From Dehalococcoidia bacterium (GTDB lineage: Bacteria > Chloroflexota > Dehalococcoidia > Lucifugimonadales > JAGWBF01): a stretch of 64,000 bases of DNA. Each line of letters opens with the position of its first letter. The first letter of the stretch is position 1. The stretch is from assembly GCA_034421095.1 (NCBI GenBank), contig DAOUKR010000007.1, positions 64,712-128,711 on the forward strand. The letters are read 5' to 3'. Below, piece by piece: positions 9,491-19,694 of this stretch. A program made the position numbers and the translations under genes. The notes beneath the pieces are model-generated. The model searched no databases. It saw nothing but the letters and a program-made list of their open reading frames with translations, and was not told the DNA's origin.

Positions 9491-11434
9491 ATGTCAAAAG
9501 GTTGGTTACTTAGACACAGGTTCCTGGCATTCGTGCCGCTCATGCTGGTTCTGATTGTGGCTGCAGCATGCGGCGGTGACGACGCAACCCCGACAAGTGC
9601 GCCACAACCGACGGCCACGACAGAGGGCATGATGGAGGAAGATCCCACGGCCACGGTGGCAGTAGGCGCTCCAACAGCCACGCCGGTCCCGGAGCCAACG
9701 CGGGCTGAGGACACACCCACACCCGTCGCCACCGCGACACCGGTGCCCATACTGGAAACCCCCTATGACCACATGATGCAACCCTGGTTCAAAGAGGGGA
9801 AGCAAGGCGGCGGCATCATACCCATGACCCATGGGGCCTGCCACGTTGACTACTGGGACCCCCACCAGTCCACTATCGCTTGTGGATCGGCGGGATTCTC
9901 CCCGGTGTTCAGCCAGATCATGATGTGGAACCACACGAACCCTTCCGAGCTGGTAGGTGACCTGGCCCAGCGTTGGGAGTGGTCGGACGATGGCATGAAG
10001 CTCACCATCACGATACATGAGGCCATGTGGTCTGACGGTGAGGCCCTTAATGCCGACGACGTGGTATTCAGCTTGGACCGGATGGTAGACCCGGTGCCGC
10101 CCAAGCCAAGGGCGCAGAGCATCAACCCGTACTACGAGAATTCAGAGGTGATAGACGACAGGACGCTGGTGATAAACACCAAGGTCCCCAACCCGCCCGG
10201 GCTTCTCCAGTACCTGGCCCTCGACTACATGAAGATAATGCCCAAGCACATACCCGAAAACGAGGGCTTTGATCTCACCAACGACGAGGGCAAGAGAATG
10301 TTGGGCGAGTTCAACCTCATACCTGAGAATATTGTGGCCTCCGGTCCCTTCCTGGTGGACGAGTACATTCGTGGAGAGAGCTATCGTCTAATTAGGAACC
10401 CCAACTATTTCAAGGAGGGGCTGCCTTACCTGGATGGGTTCAATAGCATCAAGATGGCTGACAGGACCGCGATGATAGCTGCCTTCGATACCGAAGCGAT
10501 TTATATGTGCAACCAGAGCGGCGCCTGCGGTCTGGATGCGAAAGCGGCCATAGAATTGGAAGACCGGTGGGCGGGCAAAGTGAACATCCACTGGCTGCCA
10601 CCCTCCGCCTTCGACCACCTGTTGTTGAACTTCACCAGGCCCCCCTTCGACAACGAAGACCTGAGAAAAGCGGTGTACATCGGCCAGGACCGCCTGTGGA
10701 TGCTCCAGAAAGAGGCGGCAGGCAGGGGCAGGCTGGGCACACCCTTCTATCCTGAGACCTGGATGACTCCTGACAATTCCGTGGTAGCCACGTGGCCCGG
10801 CTTCCGGTACGTTGACAATGATGGCAACCCGGTGCTGGACTACTACCAGGGACAAGAAGTGGGAGTGGACATCCACAAGGACCCCCGTGACATAGAGATG
10901 GCCCAGGAGTTGATGAAGAAGCACGGATACAACGAGGATAATCTCCTGAAGATAGAGTTGTCCTGCTCCGCGTCAACTTCAGGCAGGGAGTCCTGTTCGC
11001 TGGACAAGCAGATGCTGGAGAGCATATACATAGACGTTGAGATTGTGGCACAGGAGAGCAGCGCCAGGTTCGCCGACATCCGAGCCGGAAAGTACGACAT
11101 GATGGAGAACACTCACGGGGCGAACCTGATTTCGGCTGACGACGTGTTCATCGCCGTCTACCTCCCCAAGGGAGCGAAGAACTTCCAGGACTGGGACCAT
11201 CCTGAGATACAGAGACTCTTCCAGGCCCAGTTCCAGGAGCCGGACATTGCGAAGCGCCAGGAGCTAGTCTGGGAGGCTGGTGACCTCATCCGGTCGGGTA
11301 TCTCCCACTGGGCCGCCACGGCCTGGCAGGAGAGGTGGATTCAGCCGGTGAGCACCAAGATAAAGAACTTCTTCCCGGCCCAGACGGTGCAGCTGAGCAT
11401 GCAGCACGAGGCCATCTGGTTCGATGATTCCTAA
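9491..11434 (+). CDS. ABC transporter substrate-binding lipoprotein, family 5 (DppA/OppA-like)
   Basis: Lipobox AAAC, P/T-rich linker, GDLAQRWEWSDDG, ASGPF, RNPNYFKEGLPYLDG, PPFDNEDLRKA; ATG 9491 after GGAGG. Confidence 0.92.
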   Translation: MSKGWLLRHRFLAFVPLMLVLIVAAACGGDDATPTSAPQPTATTEGMMEEDPTATVAVGAPTATPVPEPTRAEDTPTPVATATPVPILETPYDHMMQPWFKEGKQGGGIIPMTHGACHVDYWDPHQSTIACGSAGFSPVFSQIMMWNHTNPSELVGDLAQRWEWSDDGMKLTITIHEAMWSDGEALNADDVVFSLDRMVDPVPPKPRAQSINPYYENSEVIDDRTLVINTKVPNPPGLLQYLALDYMKIMPKHIPENEGFDLTNDEGKRMLGEFNLIPENIVASGPFLVDEYIRGESYRLIRNPNYFKEGLPYLDGFNSIKMADRTAMIAAFDTEAIYMCNQSGACGLDAKAAIELEDRWAGKVNIHWLPPSAFDHLLLNFTRPPFDNEDLRKAVYIGQDRLWMLQKEAAGRGRLGTPFYPETWMTPDNSVVATWPGFRYVDNDGNPVLDYYQGQEVGVDIHKDPRDIEMAQELMKKHGYNEDNLLKIELSCSASTSGRESCSLDKQMLESIYIDVEIVAQESSARFADIRAGKYDMMENTHGANLISADDVFIAVYLPKGAKNFQDWDHPEIQRLFQAQFQEPDIAKRQELVWEAGDLIRSGISHWAATAWQERWIQPVSTKIKNFFPAQTVQLSMQHEAIWFDDS

Positions 11435-11644
11435 GTAGAGGCGACCAGAGAGAGTTCACGGATTGAATGTGGGCCGGCCTGGGGTTAGTTGATTCTGACC
11501 CCGGGCCGGCCCCAACTACAAGGCCATCGCGAGAATCTTGGCGCTTTGGATTCCCGCTTCTGGAGGCCCTTCTTATCACTTCCAGGAGCCTTCCTCCCGC
11601 GGTATTCCGAACGGAGCTAACGGGAAACAGTGACCAGTTAACCA

Positions 11645-11719
11645 GTCATACTGGCGAAAGCCAGTATCCAGACTCTCCAAGTCGGCAGGTCCTTAGACCC
11701 TCGCTACGCTCGAGGTGAC
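11645..11719. repeat. Hybrid REP-like element
   Basis: GTCATACTGGCGAAAGCCAGTATCCAG (matches 53774) plus AGACCCTCGCTACGCTCGAGGTGAC (reverse complement matches 15420). Confidence 0.7.
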
Positions 11720-11854
11720 AATAAGAAGACCTTGCCCGTTTACTCAAACATCTGGGTTGACAGAGTGCCGTATTGGGGGTAGACTTTTCACACCACCCGG
11801 AATAGTGACTTGAATGAATCCAATTTCATAGCAAATGGAGTAGTATAAAGCGCT

Positions 11855-12808
11855 ATGGGCGTGTACGCGATAAAACGGGTCCTCCTTTTCATCCCCACCT
11901 TGCTCTTGATGTCCATCCTGATATTTGCCCTTCTGCGCATTCTCCCCGGAGATCCGGCGGAGGTTATGATGGGCGAGGAAGGGGCCAGGTTCACCGAGGC
12001 GGACCTTGAGCGGATACGGGCGGAAATCGGCACCGACAAGCCCCTGTATGCCCAATACGGGGTGTGGATTGCGAATATATTCCAGGGCGATTTCGGCAAG
12101 TCTTTCTACTATAGGGTCCCTGTCTCCGACGACCTCAAGCTCAGATTCCCCACAACCATGGAGTTGGCTATCCTGGCCAGCATTATTGGTGTCATAGTAG
12201 CCGTGCCTCTGGGGGTCTTGTCCGCCGTAAAGCAGGATACCTGGATAGACCATGTGGTCAAGGTATTTAGTATTGGCGGCATAGCCATGCCCAACTTCTT
12301 TGTGGGTGTACTCATAGTCTTGGGTTTAGCTGTGATATTTGGATGGTCACCGCCTATACTTTATTCCCATATATGGGACGACCCGCTGACCAATTTGCAG
12401 CAGATGATATTCCCCGCCCTCGCCCTTGGCTATGGTCACATGGCCTTCATAGCCCGAGTGACCCGGTCCTCCATGCTGGAGGTGATGAGGGAAGACTACA
12501 TCAGGACGGCCCGGTCCAAGGGACTTGCGGAGTACCTCGTCATCTTCAGACACGCGGTCAAGAATGCCTTTTTGCCCGTAGTTACCGTATCCGGCTACCA
12601 GTTCGCGCGTACCATCGGTGGTACGGTGGTTATCGAGACCATATTCCTGGTGCCTGGAATAGGGAACTTCCTTGTAATCAGCGTACTTCACAGAGACTTC
12701 AACGCTATTCAAGCAACCTTCCTCATAATAGCTGTATTCGTCGTGGTCGTAAACTTGCTTGTTGATCTGCTGTATGGTTGGCTCAACCCAAGAGTCCGCT
12801 ACGCGTAA
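11855..12808 (+). CDS. ABC transporter permease (DppB/OppB-like)
   Basis: LPGDPA, GDFGKS, RSSMLEVMREDYIRTARSKGL (EAA loop), RHAVKNA. Confidence 0.93.
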   Translation: MGVYAIKRVLLFIPTLLLMSILIFALLRILPGDPAEVMMGEEGARFTEADLERIRAEIGTDKPLYAQYGVWIANIFQGDFGKSFYYRVPVSDDLKLRFPTTMELAILASIIGVIVAVPLGVLSAVKQDTWIDHVVKVFSIGGIAMPNFFVGVLIVLGLAVIFGWSPPILYSHIWDDPLTNLQQMIFPALALGYGHMAFIARVTRSSMLEVMREDYIRTARSKGLAEYLVIFRHAVKNAFLPVVTVSGYQFARTIGGTVVIETIFLVPGIGNFLVISVLHRDFNAIQATFLIIAVFVVVVNLLVDLLYGWLNPRVRYA

Positions 12809-12834
12809 GTGAAGATTTAACTCTGAGAGGGGCC

Positions 12835-13755
12835 ATGATTTCGGTAAGTAGGACGTCTTCAGTCACCACAGAAATACTCAGGGGTGTCCAGGATAAGTCT
12901 TATGTGGCGTTGAGAGAGGCCCTGCGTTTTTGCAGGCGGAAGCCCATGGGAGCCATTGGCCTCGGAATACTCCTTCTACTTATCCTGATAGCGATATTCG
13001 CTCCGGTCATAGCACCCCATGACCCCGAGGAAATCTTTGGCCTGGATGCCGATTATTCCGCTCCAACCGGTAGTCTTCTCCTGGGTGGAGATAACGTCGG
13101 CCGTGATGTTCTGTCCAGAATCTTCTACGGTGCTCGAATATCCCTGTTCGTTGGCCTCATTAGCATATCAATTGGAGTTACATTGGGGTCGTTGCTGGGC
13201 CTCATAAGTGCCTATTTCGGGGGCACTGTTGACATGGTCATCCAGCGCCTTGTGGACATCTTCATGGCAATTCCCGGAATCATCCTCGCCCTGGTGATTA
13301 TGGCCTCCCTTGGGTCATCCTCCATTACTAACGTCATCATTGCCCTTGTGTTCGTCCTGACGCCGGCGTCCATTCGTACTATACGCTCTCAGGCGCTGGC
13401 GGTGAGAGAGATGGACTATGTCCTTGCAGCCAGAGCTGTGGGCGCAACCGACTGGCGTATCATCTTCCGGCACATGGTCCCTAACTGTTTCGCCATCTTT
13501 ATGATAGTGTTCACCATCTACCTGGGCTATGCGATTCTGGTAGAGGCCTCCCTTAGCTTTCTCGGTGTGGGTCTGCCTCCCAACGTTGCCAGCTGGGGCA
13601 GTATGTTGAACGATACGAAGGAAGCCTACATATTTGGGACTTGGTGGTTGCCCTTCTTCCCGGGCATCGCCATATCTCTGGCCGTGTTTGGAGTGAACCT
13701 CTTTGGCGACGCCATGCGGGACGTTCTCGACCCACGTCTGAGAGGGGCCAACTAG
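12835..13755 (+). CDS. ABC transporter permease (DppC/OppC-like)
   Basis: LGGDNVGRDVLSRI, DYVLAARAVGA, EASLSFLGVG, GDAMRDVLDPRLR. Confidence 0.93.
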   Translation: MISVSRTSSVTTEILRGVQDKSYVALREALRFCRRKPMGAIGLGILLLLILIAIFAPVIAPHDPEEIFGLDADYSAPTGSLLLGGDNVGRDVLSRIFYGARISLFVGLISISIGVTLGSLLGLISAYFGGTVDMVIQRLVDIFMAIPGIILALVIMASLGSSSITNVIIALVFVLTPASIRTIRSQALAVREMDYVLAARAVGATDWRIIFRHMVPNCFAIFMIVFTIYLGYAILVEASLSFLGVGLPPNVASWGSMLNDTKEAYIFGTWWLPFFPGIAISLAVFGVNLFGDAMRDVLDPRLRGAN

Positions 13756-13888
13756 AGAAGAAGGCTCGGCAGCTGCCCGCACTGACCCTCACTCAAGTGG
13801 GGGGATATGGGCAGCTACTCAGGCATGGTTCCTTCCTCTACGATCGTGCTTGGTGAGTATTGCAATCTGACCTCTTTCCTGACAAAAT

Positions 13889-14770
13889 ATGGGCATGAGA
13901 ATTGGAGCCTTTGAAATAGATGAGCCGTTGCCAGAGTTGAGGGAACCTCATGCTCTGGTAACGTTGCGACCCTGGGTGGATGTTGGCCGGGTTGGCCGCC
14001 AAACTCTAATCCGTCTCGAAAGACACCTTGACGCTCGGGAAATCGGCAAACTGGCTCGCCCCGGCAACTTCTACGACCTCACCCGCTATCGGCCCAGGAT
14101 TATGAACGTAGGTGCTGAGCGTCGTGTGACCATCCCCAACACCACTGTCCTCTATGCCAAGCGTGAGCAACCCCCGGACCTTTTGTTCCTTCATATTCTG
14201 GAACCCCACGCATTCGGCGAGGACTATTGCGACTCCGTCCTGGAGCTTCTCAAGCATTTTCAGGTCAAACAGTACACCCAGGTAGGAGGCGTGTCCGATG
14301 CGGTGCCCCATACACGGCCCCTCCTGGTGACCGGAATCGTCCCAGAAAGGGAAAGTAAGCTGTACGGGATACAGCGCAGCAACTATCAGGGGCCTACCAG
14401 CATTACCTATCTCATTCCTCAGGAAGCGGCCAGCCTGGGGGTGGTGACCATGAACTTCCTCGTTCGGTTGCCCCACTACGCCCAACTAGATGAGGATTAC
14501 GCCGGGGTTGCCAAACTACTGGAAATTCTGTGTGACATGTACGATTTGCCATCTGACTTGATAGATAGCGGGCGTGGCCAGCAGCAATACCAGCAGATAG
14601 ATGCCGCCGTGGCCCGTAATCCTCAGGCCAAAAGCCTGGTCCAGCAACTTGAGACGGGCTACGATGCCGTGACCAGTCAGTCCAATGAGGAAAGCGCGGT
14701 GTCCTTCTCGCCCGAGGTTGAGCAGTTCCTGGAAGAGATGGACAAGCGCTTGGGAGAGGAGCAAGGCTAG
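13889..14770 (+). CDS. PAC2 family (proteasome assembly chaperone-like) protein
   Basis: PWVDVG, FYDLTRYRP, EPH, VGGVSDAVPHTRP, YQGPTSI, RLPHY. Confidence 0.85.
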   Translation: MGMRIGAFEIDEPLPELREPHALVTLRPWVDVGRVGRQTLIRLERHLDAREIGKLARPGNFYDLTRYRPRIMNVGAERRVTIPNTTVLYAKREQPPDLLFLHILEPHAFGEDYCDSVLELLKHFQVKQYTQVGGVSDAVPHTRPLLVTGIVPERESKLYGIQRSNYQGPTSITYLIPQEAASLGVVTMNFLVRLPHYAQLDEDYAGVAKLLEILCDMYDLPSDLIDSGRGQQQYQQIDAAVARNPQAKSLVQQLETGYDAVTSQSNEESAVSFSPEVEQFLEEMDKRLGEEQG

Positions 14771-14784
14771 CCCAATCTTCGACC

Positions 14785-15315
14785 CTAAGGGGCCTTGCCC
14801 GCGTTGTAGTCCTCGAAGGCCAGCCGGGCATATCGCATAAAGATTCCGCCCCCTGGGGCTGCAAGGGGGCCATTGACGGCGAGACAGGCGATGACGTACT
14901 TTGTGCCCGGCTGCGTGTCCCTGGTTATTAACACGCGCTGAGGTACATTAAACCCCGCAACGGCCCCGGCCTGCCTATTGCACTCATCGTTTATCCAGAT
15001 TTCGCCATAATCGTCTATGCAGGTCTCAAAATGCATCGGTAATCCTCTCACATCCATGCCATGCACCTGCTCTGGCACTGTGATAGTGATACGATACCAG
15101 CCGAATGTGACTCCTTTGGACCGGCCTTCCTGGATAGACTCGCAAATTTCCCATCCTGAATCATCGTAGTCGGCGAGCCGTGCAGGGCTACCTTCAATTT
15201 GGGCCACCAGCCCTTCATTGACCTCTCCAGGGACCAGTCCCTGAGCGAACCTCCATTGTGCATTCGCCAGTTGTAGGTCGTCCGGGTTCTCAAGGTCCAA
15301 GTCTACTCTAATCAT
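14785..15315 (-). CDS. Hypothetical protein; stand-alone galactose-binding-like jelly-roll (GH2 N-terminal-like) domain
   Basis: YDDSGW, FGWYRITITVP, IDDYGEIWINDE resemble sugar-binding jelly-roll motifs; RBS GGAGG before ATG 15315. Confidence 0.6.
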   Translation of the reverse strand: MIRVDLDLENPDDLQLANAQWRFAQGLVPGEVNEGLVAQIEGSPARLADYDDSGWEICESIQEGRSKGVTFGWYRITITVPEQVHGMDVRGLPMHFETCIDDYGEIWINDECNRQAGAVAGFNVPQRVLITRDTQPGTKYVIACLAVNGPLAAPGGGIFMRYARLAFEDYNAGKAP

Positions 15316-15419
15316 TGTACGTCCTCCACAGCCAAAGATAGGGATTGACTCGGATGAATTATACAAGTCTGCATCAGTAGTGTACAGGTAATGTGTGTCC
15401 CGGTGCAGGTTCTTCCATC

Positions 15420-15519
15420 GTCACCTCGAGCGAAGCGAGAGGTCTAAAATGATTGTCTGCATTGGCGTCCCGGTTGCGAGACTTTTTAGATTTCTCGTCG
15501 CTCCGCTCCTCGAAATGAC
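15420..15519. repeat. REP-like/MITE-like paired palindrome
   Basis: GTCACCTCGAGCGAAGCGAGAGGTCT ... AGATTTCTCGTCGCTCCGCTCCTCGAAATGAC with GTCA/TGAC termini. Confidence 0.7.
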
Positions 15520-15623
15520 AGATATGTGGGGGAGGTCTGTCTTCACATAACGTTGGGAATGAAAAGGTTCTATTCCCGGTGGCTATGGTGGCCTGGATGT
15601 AAGATAATATACCCACAGGGAAA

Positions 15624-16442
15624 GTGTCCAAATTTGTTGGGAGGATAGCTGATATGCGGGAGAACAGGGTCAAGAGGGTCATGAGAGAGGGTGGGCTTGG
15701 CATAGCCGGCTACGTGTCCTTTGCCGACCCGGCATTGGTGGAGATTATCGGGCTTGCAGGGTTCGACGGGGCCTTCATTGACATGGAGCATACCAGTTTC
15801 GACCTCAATATGATTGAGCGAATGATACGAGCAACGGAACTTGTGGGGATAACTTCTATCATCAGAGTGCCGGATAACGACGCCAAGCTCATCTTGCGAA
15901 TCCTGGACATGGGCGGCCAGGGAATTATTGTACCCCACGTTGACGGCGTCGAGGGTGCAAGAAAGGCGGTGGAGGCGGTCCGCTACGCACCTCTGGGAGC
16001 AAGGGGCGGCGCAGGCAATACCAGAGCCGCCCAATACGGGGCAGTGCCATGGAGAGAGCATGTGCGGAGCTCTAACGACGAGATACTACTTTCGGTCATG
16101 GCTGAGGATGAGAAGGCCATTAGCGAGGTCGAGGCGATTGCCTCGCTGGAGGGTGTGGACGTGGTCGGGCTTGGGCCCACCGACTTGTCCGAGTTGTTGG
16201 GTGTCATTGACCCTCAAGACCCTCGCTTGCGGCGGAAAGTGGACGAAATTGCTTCCATAGTGCGCAGGGTTGGAAAGGCCAAGCTCTCGATTCCAGTGAA
16301 CCACTCGGCGCTGCCTCTGACGGCTCGAGACCTCATGGACCTGGGCGCAGGATATACCCACGTCGGCCCTCCGCCTACTACCGTTGTAATGAATGCCCTC
16401 AGGGACTCGGCAAAGCGCATCCGAGAGGAGTTGGGCAAGTGA
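15624..16442 (+). CDS. HpcH/HpaI aldolase family protein
   Basis: GFDGAFIDMEH, IIRVP, LDMGGQGIIVPHV, GLGPTDLS. Confidence 0.9.
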   Translation: MSKFVGRIADMRENRVKRVMREGGLGIAGYVSFADPALVEIIGLAGFDGAFIDMEHTSFDLNMIERMIRATELVGITSIIRVPDNDAKLILRILDMGGQGIIVPHVDGVEGARKAVEAVRYAPLGARGGAGNTRAAQYGAVPWREHVRSSNDEILLSVMAEDEKAISEVEAIASLEGVDVVGLGPTDLSELLGVIDPQDPRLRRKVDEIASIVRRVGKAKLSIPVNHSALPLTARDLMDLGAGYTHVGPPPTTVVMNALRDSAKRIREELGK

Positions 16443-16471
16443 GTTTGACATAACGTGTAGGAGGACTCGCT

Positions 16472-16834
16472 ATGCATTGCATTGAAGAACAGCTTTCCAA
16501 AAGTCGCACCATCGCCGTGGTTGGGGTTTCTCCCAATCCACGGCGGGACAGCCACCGGGTGGCGAAATACTTACAGGGGCAGGGATATAGAATTATCCCT
16601 GTCAATCCGATGGTGGAACAGGTGCTGGGTGAGAAGAGTTACCCAGACCTGAAGTCGGTTCCTGAACCGATTGACATGGTGGACATCTTCAGGCGTTCCG
16701 AGTATGTTTCCGATATAGTGGATGAGGCCATTCAGGTCGGCGCCAAATACATCTGGATGCAGGATGGAGTTGTTGATGAAAAGGCGGCAGATGTGGCCCT
16801 TGGTGCAGGTCTGCTGGTGGTGATGAATAATTGA
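16472..16834 (+). CDS. CoA-binding domain protein (YccU-like)
   Basis: IAVVGVSPNP, IIPVNP, VDIFRRSE, IWMQDG. Confidence 0.92.
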   Translation: MHCIEEQLSKSRTIAVVGVSPNPRRDSHRVAKYLQGQGYRIIPVNPMVEQVLGEKSYPDLKSVPEPIDMVDIFRRSEYVSDIVDEAIQVGAKYIWMQDGVVDEKAADVALGAGLLVVMNN

Positions 16835-16881
16835 ACCCTCAGAGAGCACAGCCGCCGGTTCGGTGGCAAAGCTTAGAGCAC

Positions 16882-17940
16882 CTATCGAAAATGGGGCATC
16901 ACCTCGCTGGCGAATAGCTTCATGGCATTCATTACCCGGGAATGTTCTATCAGCCCACCCTGGTTGAAAAAGCAGATAATCTCGGACGGCTGGAGGTCCT
17001 CCTGGAGCGCTTTAATCTTCTCAACGCACTGGGAAGGGTCCCCGCAGATGGCTATGTCGTTGCGCCAGTCGTCTAGGGTCATCCCCTTGAACCTGGCCTG
17101 AGTCTCCTTGACCCGCGGATTGGCTGCGATGGCCCGCTGCATGGCCGGGGTGTCGTAGCTGGATAAGAGGGCGTTGAGAAAATTGTTCACGCTTGCCTCT
17201 GGGACCACCCTGGCCTCTTCGGCGTCTCCGGCAACGAAAACAGGCATGTTCACTGACAGTTCCATAGTGCTGACATGATGCCCGCTTGCTGCCAGCGTCT
17301 GCCGGTACACTTTGACCCCGTCTCGAAGGGCGGGCATCGGCACCACGAACGGGGAGATAAACATATTATGTCCCAGATTTCCCACCATCTCGAATGTGTC
17401 GGCACTGTTCGAGGCGATGCGTATGGGAGGGTGGGGCTTCTGGACGGGTTTGGGCACTATCCGAAGGTCTTGGGCACTGTGGTACTTGCCCACGAAGGAG
17501 AACTCCTCGTGGGTCCAGGCTTTTATGACAAAGTCGAGATACTCCACGAACCGCTCACGGTTCTCCTGAATGGGAATATTGAATCCCTGGAAGTGGGCTG
17601 GCATGGCACCCCGACCCACCCCGAACTCCGCCCGTCCATTGGAAAGCACGTCCAGGGTGGCTATGTCCTCGGCAATTCGGACGGGATTATGAAGGGGCAG
17701 CAGGTTCACTGCCACACCCAACCGTATCTTCTTGGTGCGTTGGGCGGCTGCTGCGGCCACCATCAAGGGGGAGGGCGTCGTGGAAAACCTGGAGTCGAAA
17801 TGAAGCTCTGCGAACCACACATTGTCGAAGCCAAGCTCATCGCCCAGGTCAATTTGCTCCAGGGTATCCTGATACCTTTGCACCGGTGATTGCCAGTCGG
17901 CGCACGGTATCATGTAAAACAGTCCGAATTTCATCTCCAT
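16882..17940 (-). CDS. Luciferase-like (LLM class) flavin-dependent oxidoreductase
   Basis: GFDNVWFAELH, RLGVAVNLLPLHNPVRIAEDIATLDVLSNGRAEFGVGRG, PKPVQKPHPP, FASEVMPHF. Confidence 0.93.
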   Translation of the reverse strand: MEMKFGLFYMIPCADWQSPVQRYQDTLEQIDLGDELGFDNVWFAELHFDSRFSTTPSPLMVAAAAAQRTKKIRLGVAVNLLPLHNPVRIAEDIATLDVLSNGRAEFGVGRGAMPAHFQGFNIPIQENRERFVEYLDFVIKAWTHEEFSFVGKYHSAQDLRIVPKPVQKPHPPIRIASNSADTFEMVGNLGHNMFISPFVVPMPALRDGVKVYRQTLAASGHHVSTMELSVNMPVFVAGDAEEARVVPEASVNNFLNALLSSYDTPAMQRAIAANPRVKETQARFKGMTLDDWRNDIAICGDPSQCVEKIKALQEDLQPSEIICFFNQGGLIEHSRVMNAMKLFASEVMPHFR

Positions 17941-17950
17941 GACTCCTGGG

Positions 17951-19585
17951 CTAGAGGGGTATGTTCCCGTGCTTCTTTGGAGGCAGGGAATCTCTCTTGT
18001 TCTGAAGCATATCCAGGGCCCGGATAACCTGTGGGCGTGTCTCCCGGGGGTCTATCACGTTGTCCAGATATCCCTGGCTGGCTGCCACGTAAGGATTGGC
18101 AAACTTGTCCCGGAACTCCTCAATCAGGCTGTTTCGTCGCTCTTCGGCGTTCTCCGCCTTGGAGAGCTCATCGCGAAAGACAATGTTTACGGCCCCATCC
18201 GGTCCCATCACGGCAATCTCGGCAGAGGGCCATGCCAGATTGATGTCACCTCTGAGGTGCTTACTGCTCATAACGAGGTAGGCCCCGCCGTAAGCCTTGC
18301 GAGTCATCACGCTTATCTTGGGCACGGTGGCTTCGGCGTAGGCGTACAGCAGCTTAGACCCGTGCCTGATGATTCCTCCGTACTCCTGTTCGGTGCCTGG
18401 CATGAAACCGGGCACATCTACAAAGGTTATGATAGGTATGTTGAAGCAATCACAGAAGCGCACGAAACGAGCGGCTTTCACCGATGCGTTAATGTCCAGG
18501 ACTCCCGCAAGATAGGCCGGCTGGTTGCCCACTATGCCTACGGCTTTCCCGGCAAGCCGGGCAAAGCCGACGACGATGTTGGGGGCGAAGTCCTGGTGGA
18601 CCTCCATGAAATCGCCGCCATCCACGACCCTTATCACTATCTCGCGGATGTCATAAGCCCTGTTGGGTTCCTCGGGCACGATAGACAACAGGCTATCATC
18701 GGTACGGCCCGCCTCATCAAAACCCTGCACTGTGGGAGGGTCATCCATATTGTTGGACGGGAGAAAACCCAGGAGCCTGCGTACCTGGGCCATGCATTCT
18801 TCCTCCGAATCCGATATGAAGTGGGCCACACCACTTCGGCTGCCGTGAGCAAGTGCTCCCCCCAGACTCTCGTGGGTCACGTCCTCCCCTGTCACTGCCC
18901 GTATGACGTCGGGGCCGGTGATGTACATCTGGCTGATGCCCTGAACCATAAAGATGAAGTCGGTGATTGCGGGAGAGTAAACCGCCCCGCCTGCGGAGGG
19001 ACCCATAATGACCGAAAGCTGAGGGATTACCCCAGACGCCAGGGTGTTTCTCAGGAAGATTTCGCCATAAGCGCCCAGGCTAAGCACCCCCTCTTGAATG
19101 CGTGCGCCCCCGGAATCGTTGAGACCTACGACTGGACAACCTGTCTTCATCGCCAGGTCCATCACCTTGGAAATCTTTTGACCCACAACCTCAGATACGG
19201 AACCGCCCAGGACAGTGAAGTCTTGGGAGAACACAAATATCTGCCGTCCGTCAACCTTTCCGTAGCCCGTTACCACGGCATCGGATAATATCTTTCTGTC
19301 TGCCATGCCGAAGTCCGTGGCCCGGTGGGTGACGAAGGGATCTATCTCCTCGAAAGTACCTTCGTCAAGCAGCAAGCTTATCCTCGTTCTGGCAGAGAGC
19401 TTTCCTTTGTCGTGCTGTTGCTGGATACGTCTCTCACCGCCGCCCAGCCGGGACTGTTTCCTCATTTCTTCCAGCTGCTCCAGTTTCGCATTCGTAGCCG
19501 GTTCGGCGTCCACGGCTACTAGCTCCTGGGACTGGGCATCATCATGGCTCTCCGGCTTCGCGTCCATATCCCGTTCGACGGTCAT
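17951..19585 (-). CDS. pccB: Acyl-CoA (propionyl/methylmalonyl-CoA-type) carboxylase carboxyltransferase beta subunit
   Basis: QQHDKGKLSARTR, DSGGARIQEG, GPSAGGAVYSPA, DVPGFMPG, KKHGNIPL. Confidence 0.88.
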   Translation of the reverse strand: MTVERDMDAKPESHDDAQSQELVAVDAEPATNAKLEQLEEMRKQSRLGGGERRIQQQHDKGKLSARTRISLLLDEGTFEEIDPFVTHRATDFGMADRKILSDAVVTGYGKVDGRQIFVFSQDFTVLGGSVSEVVGQKISKVMDLAMKTGCPVVGLNDSGGARIQEGVLSLGAYGEIFLRNTLASGVIPQLSVIMGPSAGGAVYSPAITDFIFMVQGISQMYITGPDVIRAVTGEDVTHESLGGALAHGSRSGVAHFISDSEEECMAQVRRLLGFLPSNNMDDPPTVQGFDEAGRTDDSLLSIVPEEPNRAYDIREIVIRVVDGGDFMEVHQDFAPNIVVGFARLAGKAVGIVGNQPAYLAGVLDINASVKAARFVRFCDCFNIPIITFVDVPGFMPGTEQEYGGIIRHGSKLLYAYAEATVPKISVMTRKAYGGAYLVMSSKHLRGDINLAWPSAEIAVMGPDGAVNIVFRDELSKAENAEERRNSLIEEFRDKFANPYVAASQGYLDNVIDPRETRPQVIRALDMLQNKRDSLPPKKHGNIPL

Positions 19586-19694
19586 ATTTACCTCCCAGAC
19601 GCACCTTAAGACATCGGGGTTATGGGCTAGATTGGCTCCATGCTAACAGAAGCTGGTAGCTGGTGCAAGGCGAGGGTATGAGTGTTAGAATGAG

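Noticed and set aside
13889-14770. Pup-proteasome locus
   Set aside because: PAC2-family gene stands alone; no prcA/B, pup, pafA, dop or mpa in the window
17939-19288. 449-aa plus-strand ORF, and similar long antisense ORFs at 37252-38274, 40115-41122, 52575-53396 and 60262-61290
   Set aside because: Fully antisense to well-conserved genes with no recognisable motifs; expected shadow ORFs in GC-rich coding DNA
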